Of a stretch of 27,330 nucleotides of DNA, positions 8,396 through 16,300 are shown piece after piece; positions within the stretch are counted from its first letter, which is position 1, and each line of letters opens with the position of its first letter. The stretch comes from Abditibacteriaceae bacterium. GTDB lineage: Bacteria; Armatimonadota; Abditibacteriia; Abditibacteriales; Abditibacteriaceae. Location: the NCBI GenBank assembly GCA_031425655.1, contig JANPJS010000268.1:1-27330 (forward strand), written 5' to 3'. The position numbers and the translations under genes are program-made. Under the pieces are notes generated by a model. That model made no database searches. It had not been told where the DNA came from and worked only from the letters and a program-made list of their open reading frames with translations.

Positions 8396-9726
8396 AGTTT
8401 TCTCTTTTCAATGCGCTTCAAAAAGCTGTCCACGGGCAGCGTCAAACCATCTAACGCCGGGTCGTCACCGCCGCGCAGCGCGACTTCGCTTTCGTGGCGC
8501 GCTTTCAATCGCGCTGCCAATTCGTGGCGCACCATCGGCTGCTGCTCAGCCACATTTTTCGTTTCCGCCGCGTCGGTTTCCAGATCGAAAAGCAGCGGCG
8601 AGGCATCGCGCGGCTTGCCGTGAAAATCGGGCAGCGATGCGCCGTTTTTGTCTTGAATAATCGGCTGAATGAGCTTCCATTTGTCGGTTCGCAGCGCAAG
8701 GGATGCTTGGCGCGTGGCTTCGACGGCGAAGATTTCATCGCGCGCTCCGGCAGCGCCCTCTAAAGTTGGCGCGAAGCTCAGGCCGGTGAGTTCGTAATCC
8801 GGCAGCGGCCAACCTGCAAGATTGCAAAGTGTGGGAAAAATGTCCTCGGTTGAAACCATCGCAGCGCTGCGGCGCGGCGCGATTTCGGGCACGCGCATCG
8901 TTAAAGCAATACGCAAAACCGCGTCGTAAAGGCCGTGATGATCGAAGTGAAATCCGCCTTCGCCAAACGCTTCGCCGTGATCGCTCATCAAGACGAAAAT
9001 CGTGTCGTCCCACAAGCCGCGCTCGCGCAAATGTGCGGTCAGGCGTCCGATTTGGGTGTCCACATAGGAAATTTCGCCGTCGTATTGCGCGATTATCCAA
9101 TCGTAATCGTCCGGCTTTTGCAATTTCATGTCGGCCAAAAACGCGTTGTAATAATCGGGCGCGATGGCTTTCACTTCGTCCACGGAAAACCGAGCGCGGC
9201 CCGGATGATAGTGCATCGTATCGAATGGTTTGGGCGGGCCGTAAGGCGTGTGCGGGTCCCAAAGGTGCAAAAACAAGAAGAAATCGCGCCCGGCTAAATC
9301 GTCCATAAAACTGACGGCGCGCGCAACCAATTCCTCGCTTTGCGGCGTGAAGGGCTGAAAAAGAAAGCCCGAATAATAATCGAAGCCGCGCGCCATCCAC
9401 GCCGCGCGCCCGCCGCTCTGCACCGCCAGATTATCAATGCCCGCCGTGACAAAGCCGGCACGCTTCGCCATCTGCGCCAGCATGAAAGTATCGGGACTCA
9501 CGCGCCGGTTCGTCAAATGCGCCAAAATGCCGTGCCGATACGGATGCAGGCCGCTCATCAGCGTGGTGAACGACGGCATCGTGGGGATGCCGGGCGCGAA
9601 AGCGCGCTCGAAAAGCACGCTTTGCGCGGCCAAAGCGTCCATGTGAGGCGAAGTCGGCAAGTCGTAGCCGTAGCAGCCGAGATGGTCGGCGCGCAGGCTG
9701 TCAATGGCGACAAGAACTACGTTCAT
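8392..9726 (-). CDS. Sulfatase-like alkaline-phosphatase-superfamily enzyme with Thr at the nucleophile position
   Basis: IDSLRADH, PTMPSFTTLMSG (no C/SxPxR), WDPHTPY, SDHGE, DHHGLY, LFDL..D..E..N. No signal peptide. Confidence 0.88.
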   Translation of the reverse strand: MNVVLVAIDSLRADHLGCYGYDLPTSPHMDALAAQSVLFERAFAPGIPTMPSFTTLMSGLHPYRHGILAHLTNRRVSPDTFMLAQMAKRAGFVTAGIDNLAVQSGGRAAWMARGFDYYSGFLFQPFTPQSEELVARAVSFMDDLAGRDFFLFLHLWDPHTPYGPPKPFDTMHYHPGRARFSVDEVKAIAPDYYNAFLADMKLQKPDDYDWIIAQYDGEISYVDTQIGRLTAHLRERGLWDDTIFVLMSDHGEAFGEGGFHFDHHGLYDAVLRIALTMRVPEIAPRRSAAMVSTEDIFPTLCNLAGWPLPDYELTGLSFAPTLEGAAGARDEIFAVEATRQASLALRTDKWKLIQPIIQDKNGASLPDFHGKPRDASPLLFDLETDAAETKNVAEQQPMVRHELAARLKARHESEVALRGGDDPALDGLTLPVDSFLKRIEKRKL

Positions 9727-9727
9727 G

Positions 9728-9795
9728 CGATTGACGATTGACGAATTACGATTGACGAGTGTGGCTCTTAGTCAATCGTAATTCGTCAATCGTCA
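9728..9795. repeat. Palindromic element of 7-mer CGATTGA/CGAATTA units
   Basis: 9732-9756 is the exact reverse complement of 9771-9795 (25 bp, 14-nt loop). It contains the last codons and stop of the upstream PhyH gene. Confidence 0.92.
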
Positions 9796-10583
9796 CTTCT
9801 CCAAATAAGCGGGTTTTGCTCTTCGTTGTTCAGCACATCGCCGATTTTCAGCGAATGGAAATATTCGTCGCGCAGAATATTTTTGACGCCGTTGAAGGTG
9901 GCGCCGTCGGGCATATAAGCGCAGGTCATGGCGCGGCGCGGACGCGGCGTCATGTTGGCTCCGGCTCCATGCGCGGTCAGCCCGTTGTGAAATACCGCGC
10001 TGCCCGCAGGAACCGGCACGCCAACCGCTTCGAGGCTTTGCCATTCGGGATAAACCTTGAACAAATCGCGCTGATTCTGGCCGATGCCGACGTTTTCATA
10101 ACGCGCCGAGTGCTGCGTGCCCGGCAAATACCACATACATCCGTTAGCCATCGTGGCGTCATCCAACGCGACCCAAATTGAAATCGAATTCGGCGACGAA
10201 AACGACCAATACGGGTTATCGAGATGCCACGCCGTCGGATTCCCGAAGGGCGGCTTAATCAGCGCCTGATCGTGCCAGATGCGAATGCCATTTACGCCTG
10301 CCAAGCGTCCGGCGAGTTCGCCTAATCGCGCGTCGAACATTAGTTTTTTCATGCCGGCGTGCGTGTCGGCAAGGCGCACGCATTGCGTGAACACCTGCGC
10401 GTAATAATTATCCGGGTCGTGCTGATTGGTGAGCGTATTCGTTTGCGCCAAACGCTGCGCCACGGCTTCGTCGGTGCAAATGCGCCATTCTTCGAGTTCG
10501 GCGGCGTCTAAAAAGCCTTCGATGGCTAAAAAACCGTCGCGTTGATACTGCTCGATTTGCGTGGATGTGAGTTCGGTTTTCAT
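9786..10583 (-). CDS. PhyH-family Fe(II)/2-oxoglutarate dioxygenase
   Basis: YQRDGFL start, KPP, WHLD (HxD), WVALDD...NGC...PG, distal His in TAHGAGAN and Arg in RRA. Confidence 0.92.
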   Translation of the reverse strand: MKTELTSTQIEQYQRDGFLAIEGFLDAAELEEWRICTDEAVAQRLAQTNTLTNQHDPDNYYAQVFTQCVRLADTHAGMKKLMFDARLGELAGRLAGVNGIRIWHDQALIKPPFGNPTAWHLDNPYWSFSSPNSISIWVALDDATMANGCMWYLPGTQHSARYENVGIGQNQRDLFKVYPEWQSLEAVGVPVPAGSAVFHNGLTAHGAGANMTPRPRRAMTCAYMPDGATFNGVKNILRDEYFHSLKIGDVLNNEEQNPLIWRSDD

Positions 10584-10584
10584 G

Positions 10585-11379
10585 TCAATTCAGCCCGTAG
10601 TGCGGCAAAAGCGCGTCCGGTTCGATTTTATCGCCCGGTCGCTGATAGCGATTATCGGTCGAAACGCGCAAGCGATTTGCGGTCAGATTCGGCAGTGCCT
10701 TGTGAATGGTGTAGGCGTGAAAAAACAGTGCATCGCCCAATCCGAAATCGCTGCTGTGCCACTCCGATTGAGCTTCATCAACCGGCACGCCGCGCCCGCC
10801 GACAGCGCCGACAATGTGTTCGCTGTGTTCGATAAAGCCACGCCGATGCGAGCCGCGCCAGACCGCTAAACCGCCTAATTCCAGCGGGCATTCGCCCAGC
10901 GGCGTCCAGCACGAATACGTTTCCACCGCGCCGCGAATGTAGAAATGATCCTGATGCGCCGGAGTCGTCGCGCCGACGTTGTGCGGAAACGTCACGCGCC
11001 CGATGCGGCGCGGATGCGTGAGAACTTGGGCTTCGCCGATGTCCAGCAGTTTCGCGGCGACTTCGCGCAATTGGGGCAAGTCGGGAAAAGCGTGAAACCC
11101 CGCCGTTTTCAAAAGACGGCGATACATCGCCATGTATTCGGGTTGCCCTTCGCCGCTCGGAGCGATGCCGGGGCGCACAATTGCGTCCATCACGTCGCGG
11201 GACGGGTCAAGCCAACCGGCTTCGGCGCACAATTGCAGCGCGGCGCGACGAACCGTCAGCACTTCGTCGGCGGGAATCAGCGCGCGAAAAAAGACGTAGC
11301 CGTGTTGCTGCATCGTCGCGCGCAAAACCTCGGCGGGCGCGGCAGAGTCGGATTCGATAAAAGGCGCGTAGTCGCTCAT
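10585..11379 (-). CDS. PhyH-family Fe(II)/2-oxoglutarate dioxygenase
   Basis: HGYVFFR, TPAHQD (HxD), WTPLG...GGL...GSH, GDALFFH..TIH, RVSTDNRY. Confidence 0.92.
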   Translation of the reverse strand: MSDYAPFIESDSAAPAEVLRATMQQHGYVFFRALIPADEVLTVRRAALQLCAEAGWLDPSRDVMDAIVRPGIAPSGEGQPEYMAMYRRLLKTAGFHAFPDLPQLREVAAKLLDIGEAQVLTHPRRIGRVTFPHNVGATTPAHQDHFYIRGAVETYSCWTPLGECPLELGGLAVWRGSHRRGFIEHSEHIVGAVGGRGVPVDEAQSEWHSSDFGLGDALFFHAYTIHKALPNLTANRLRVSTDNRYQRPGDKIEPDALLPHYGLN

Positions 11380-11385
11380 TGAAAT

Positions 11386-12852
11386 TTAGTCGGCTTCTTT
11401 TGGCTCCACATAGCCGTGCAGCGGTGTGCCGGTGTTTTCGTCGCGCGCGGTGTTTTCATCCGATTCCTGCGCGTCGGATTTCAATTCTTCGGGCTTGGGA
11501 ATTTCCGCCGCGACGGCGCCGACGCGCAAGTGCAAAGGCGTGGCCCCGGCGCCGATGATTTCGTCTTTGGGCGTGCCGATGCGCGTGCCGCAACGGCTTT
11601 GCTGGGCCGCCGGGTCAACGCTTTTGCCGGTTTCGGCTAAGCGGCGCGCAACGTAAGCGTCCAATTTCGCTTTGAGTTCGGCCACGATTTCGGGATGCTG
11701 GGCTGCGATGTTGTTTTGTTCGGTCGGGTCGGCTTCCAAGTCGAACAATTCCTGCATCGGGCGGCCATGATAATCCTGCTCGATGCTTTGAATAAATTTC
11801 CATTTGCCGTTGCGATAAGCGCGCTTGACTTCCCACGTCGCCTCGCTGAGAAACACTTCGTCGTAGTTGCCGTCGCGCTCGCCGCGCAGGCACGGAACAA
11901 GGCTTTTGCCTTCGCAGCCGAGCAAATCGGGCAAGCCGGCGAGTTCAAAAAACGTCGGCGCGAAATCTAAGTTTTCGATAAAGCCCGGCACGCGTTTTCC
12001 GGCTTCGAGTGTGCCCGGCCAGTAAAAAATCGCGGGAATATGCACGTCGCCTTCGTAAAGGCCGTGATGATCGTAGAAACCAAGCTGCTCGTCCAAGATT
12101 TCGCCGTGATCGGCGGTCAGAACGACTAAGGTTTCGCTTTGAATCGGCTTCAGCGCCTCGAAAACCGGCTTCAGCCAGTCGTCCATGTAACGCGTTTCGG
12201 CATCATAAAGCGCGTTGACGTAAGTGCTGTCCGTGATGCCCGGCATCCACTCGTGAAAATACCATTTAAAGGTTTCATCGTTCCACGCGGCGTCCATCGA
12301 ATGATTGTTCACGTCGTAAGGGTCGCGGCCTTCGGGATAGAACATCGGGCGGTATTCGTGCGGCGGCAAATAGGGCGTGTGCGGATCCCAGTAATGCACG
12401 AACAGAAAAAACGGCTGTTCGCCGTCGCGAAGCTTTTCGATGGCTGCGACGGCCATTTCGGTTGTCGGCTCGGCGCGGCGCAGCACGGTTGGGTCGTTGC
12501 GCTCCCAACTTGGCGTATCATATGTGTCGAAGCCGCGCGAAAAGTGGCGGCCCATCGTGTCAACGGCGTGCGTGCGCCAGCCTTGTTCTTGCAGCACTTC
12601 CTGAATCATGCGCACGCCGTCTTTAATCGGCACGCCGCCGCCGATGTTAATAATGTCGTGCGTGATCGCTTCTTTGCCGGTCAGCATCGTGGTGAAACTG
12701 GGATGCGTCGGGATGTTCGGCGCGTAGCAGCGCTCGAAAAGCACGCCTTGCGCGGCGATGGAATCAATGAAAGGCGAAGTCGGCTTCGCGTAGCCGTAAC
12801 AGCCGAGATGATCGGCGCGCTGGGTGTCGAGAGCGATAAAAACGATGTTCAT
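11386..12852 (-). CDS. Sulfatase-like alkaline-phosphatase-superfamily enzyme with Thr at the nucleophile position
   Basis: LDTQRADH, PTHPSFTTMLTG, YWDPHTPY, ADHGE, DHHGLYE, ELFDL..DP.E..N. No signal peptide; acidic, disordered-looking C-terminal tail. Confidence 0.88.
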   Translation of the reverse strand: MNIVFIALDTQRADHLGCYGYAKPTSPFIDSIAAQGVLFERCYAPNIPTHPSFTTMLTGKEAITHDIINIGGGVPIKDGVRMIQEVLQEQGWRTHAVDTMGRHFSRGFDTYDTPSWERNDPTVLRRAEPTTEMAVAAIEKLRDGEQPFFLFVHYWDPHTPYLPPHEYRPMFYPEGRDPYDVNNHSMDAAWNDETFKWYFHEWMPGITDSTYVNALYDAETRYMDDWLKPVFEALKPIQSETLVVLTADHGEILDEQLGFYDHHGLYEGDVHIPAIFYWPGTLEAGKRVPGFIENLDFAPTFFELAGLPDLLGCEGKSLVPCLRGERDGNYDEVFLSEATWEVKRAYRNGKWKFIQSIEQDYHGRPMQELFDLEADPTEQNNIAAQHPEIVAELKAKLDAYVARRLAETGKSVDPAAQQSRCGTRIGTPKDEIIGAGATPLHLRVGAVAAEIPKPEELKSDAQESDENTARDENTGTPLHGYVEPKEAD

Positions 12853-12889
12853 GGGAGATTTTGGGCCTAAAACGCGGAATCTTCACGCA

Positions 12890-12918
12890 AGGATAAGCCA
12901 AGTTGCGCGCTCTGTCAC
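12890..12918 (-). promoter_or_regulatory. Putative sigma70 promoter of the five-gene operon
   Basis: Minus strand reads GTGACA-N17-TATCCT, ending ~37 nt before the ATG at 12852. Confidence 0.4.
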
Positions 12919-12999
12919 CCCCGCGAGGCAGCCCCCGATTAAAATCGAGGTCTATCGCTACGAAGCCGGCCTGCGCCGGCTCTCCTTTTAGTTCGCTTA

Positions 13000-13182
13000 A
13001 AATCTGTGTTCAAAAAGAGTTATTCAGTCCGTTGCCATTGAGTGGCAAAAAATTGAGTGGCAAAAAATGGTGAAAAAGTGGGATTTCTCGTCCGAAATGC
13101 CATTGATGCCCTTATTTTTTGCCACTCAGTTTTTTGCCGTTGGGCCGTTTTTACCCAAATAACTATATTCGAGCACAGACTC
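13000..13182. mobile_element. MITE-like element with imperfect 25-bp TIRs and TTA target duplication
   Basis: 13000-13024 vs reverse complement of 13158-13182 match at 19/25. TTA at 12997-12999 and 13183-13185. No transposase. Confidence 0.55.
13038..13138. repeat. Palindromic element of 15-mer TTGAGTGGCAAAAAA units
   Basis: Two tandem copies at 13038-13067. 13044-13068 matches the reverse complement of 13114-13138 at 24/25. Confidence 0.88.
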
Positions 13183-13366
13183 TTAGTCCGCGCAGGCGGA
13201 CTTCGTAGCGATAGACCTCGATTTCAATCGGGGGCGTCAAAGAGATTCGTCAAACTAAGCAGCGGCACACGCTTTGCCTGACTTTTGGCGTTTTCCACGC
13301 CGGTGTGTCGAGTTGCCGGTTTTATCGTTTTTCTTCAGTGTTCTATTTACGAAAGGTTCGGGCCGA

Positions 13367-16300
13367 ATGTCCAAAACCGGATTGATTCTGGCTTTTTATC
13401 GCGATCACGAGGCCGCTAACGAGACGCTTGCGTTGTTGCGGCAGAAAGGCTTGCGACGCTGCGCCACGCTGCGCCGCCGCGCGGACGGTCGTTTCACGCT
13501 AAAACGCGGCGGATTGCCGTCCGAAGCGGCGGTTGCCTTAGGCGGCGCGGTCGGCACGCTGCTCGGACGCTATTTGCCCTTGCCGCGCGCTGCGAATGCG
13601 GCTCTGGCGCCCGTTTTGGGCGCGGCTGCCGGAGCTACTCTCGGCTACTTTGGCGCGCAGGGTGCCGACGGCAGCTTGCCCGAAGCGGTTTTGAGGCGCC
13701 AGCGCGTTTGGCTGCTGCGCGGCGACACGGTTGTCGTGGCACAGGCGAGCGGTGACCGCTTAAGCGACATCATGGACGTGCTGCGCGACAGCGGACAGCC
13801 GGCGGTTTTCGTGTTGCGCGGCGGGCAGGAGTTCCACGAAGAAGCCGATGAAACCACCTTGCGCGGCGAAAACCTTTCCTCCGAGCAGTTCCGCGAGGCC
13901 GCACGCCGCCTTTCCGCGCGACACCGCGATGCCGAACCGCCGCACGGCAGCCACTCGCAATCGCATCGCCGCTTGATTCAGCGATTAAAAGCCAACAATC
14001 GTGTTATCGCGGAGGCGACGAAAAGCCTGCTCCAGGCCGCGCGGCTTGATATTCCGGTTTCGATTGCCGCCGAATGGCTGCTCGATAACGGCTACATCGT
14101 CGAAGGCCAAACCAAAGATGCGCTGCACAACCTGTCGCGCCAATTTTACGAAGAATTGCCGGTTTTACCCTCTCAAGTCGCCGCCACTTTAGCGCAAGCC
14201 GGACACCTGCCGCAACACGATGTGCCGCGCGTTTACGCTTTAGCCGTCGAACTGGTGGCGCAGGCCGATTCGCGCTTAGATAAAGCCAACATCGCCGAGT
14301 TCGTGCAGGCTTATCAAGCCACGACGCCGCTCACGATGGGCGAACTTTGGGCCTTGCCTTTGATGCTGCGCGTGGCGATTGTCGAAAATTTGCGCCGTCT
14401 GGCTTCGCGCATCGCGCGCCATCAGCACGACCGCGAGCAAGCCGCGCTGTGGGCCAACCGATTACTCAACGCCGCGCATCACGACGCGGATAATTTGCCG
14501 CGTTTATTCGCCGATTTGGCGCAAAAGCATCCGCGTCCCGGCGCGCATTTCGCGGATCGTCTGGTCAGCAACCTTTTCGACGAAGAAGCCGCGCTTTTGC
14601 CGGCGCGAAGCTGGCTGGAAAGCTCGCTGCGCGTTTCTTTAGACGAAGCGCAGCGCGACGATCAGCGCCGCCAGGCCATAGACCAAGTAACTGTCGCCAA
14701 CTGCGTGACCAGCTTGAAGCATCTGGGCGACCTGGACTGGAACACGGTTTTTGAAGGTTTGAGCTTAGTCGAAAGCGAGCTGCATCACGACCCGTCGGGC
14801 GTTTACGCCGCGATGAACTTCGCCACGCGCGACCGTTATCGTCACGAAGTGGAGATTCTCGCGCGCGGCTCCAAAATAAGCGAAGGCGAAATCGCGCGGC
14901 GCGTAGTCGCGCTCAGCGGCGAGGCCGATTTAGATGCGCCCGACGAAATGCGGCGGCACATCGGCCATTATTTGCTGGGCGATGGGCGCGCTGAATTCGA
15001 GGCCGGTTTGAGTTTCCAGCCGCGTTTGGGACTGCAAATTCATCGCTTTTTGCAAAATAGCGCCACGCCGCTTTATCTCGGCAGCATCGCAGTCGGCACC
15101 GGCAGCGTTTTGGCGCTCGGCGCCTATTTAGGCCGTCGCGCCGGCACAAGGTTAAGCACGCCTTTGCTGCTTTTGGGCTTTTTGCCGGCCAGCGAAATCG
15201 CGGCTCAGCTTGTCAATTACCTTGTCACGCGCACGCTGCCGAGCGAAGCCTTGCCGAAAATGGATTTCGAGGGCGGCGTGCCCGGCGAATGGAAAACCAT
15301 CGTCGTGGTTCCCACGCTGCTGACCTCGGAAGAGTCCATCAAAGACGACGTGGAGCAGCTTGAAATCCATTATTTGGCCAGCGGCGAGCGCAGTTTGCGC
15401 TTTGCCCTTTTAGGCGATTTCGCCGACGCGCCGGAAGCGCATCTGCCCACCGACGACGCGATATTGAAAGCGGCGCAAGGCGGCATAAATGAACTGAACG
15501 CGCGCTATTCGCACGGCGAAGGCGACCGCTTTTTTCTGTTCAATCGCGGGCGTATGTGGAGCGACAGCGAAAACCGCTGGATGGGAACCGAGCGCAAGCG
15601 CGGCAAGCTCGAAGAATTGAATCGTTATCTGAAAGGCGAATGGAGCGGAAGCCCCGACGAATCGCATCCGGTCGCGGGCGACGAAACGCAATTAGCGGAC
15701 ATCCGCTTCGTCATCACTTTAGACGCCGACACGCAAATGCCGCACGACACGGCGCAGCGCCTTATTGAAACCCTCGCGCACCCGCTCAATCGCCCGCAGT
15801 GGAAAATTGAAGAAGCTCAATCTTCATCCCTCATCCCTCCGCCCTCATCCCTTATAAGGCGCGGCTACACCTTAATTCAGCCGCGTGTCACGACAACATT
15901 GCCCAGTGCGACGGCGACACGTTTCGCGCGCTGGTTCAGCGACAGCATGGGCCGCGACCCGTATACCCATGTGGTTTCGGACGTGCATCAGGATTTGTTC
16001 AAAGAAGGCAGTTATCACGGCAAAGGCATCTACGATCTCGATGCTTTTCATGCCGTGCTGAACCACCGTTTCCCGTCCGCGACCCTGCTTTCGCACGATT
16101 TGCTGGAAGGCGCTCACGTCCGCGTCGGCTACGCCAGCGACATCGAATTTCTCGACGATTTTCCGGCCAATTATCTGACTTTTGCCAAACGCCAGCATCG
16201 TTGGATTCGCGGCGACTGGCAGATTCTCGATTGGATTTTCAACGCCGTTCCTACCGCGCAATTGAATGTGCGCGTGGCCAATCCGCTTTCGACGATCAGC

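Larger units (their letters stand above)
12931..13235. repeat. Inverted pair of 51-nt double-hairpin REP-like elements (12931-12981 and 13185-13235)
   Basis: Arms are near-exact reverse complements. Each has an AG(T/C)C(C/G)GC-N4 hairpin plus a second CGATT..AATCG hairpin. Same family as 22823-22928. Confidence 0.88.

Noticed and set aside
8392..12852. Calling the two hydrolases arylsulfatases or choline sulfatases
   Set aside because: No (C/S)xPxR motif, so formylglycine maturation is not expected.
13057..13281. 74-aa ORF and other short ORFs over repeats (2438-2827, 2508-2894, 3881-4387, 22629-22970, 26514-26732)
   Set aside because: They are read-throughs of palindromic elements or overlap real genes, and show no protein-family features.
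13274..13366. Upstream TTG start for ndvB, and similar extensions for the RR (2234) and galT (4021)
   Set aside because: The extensions are non-conserved-looking or run through repeats. Downstream starts fit the RBS, promoter or domain boundaries better.
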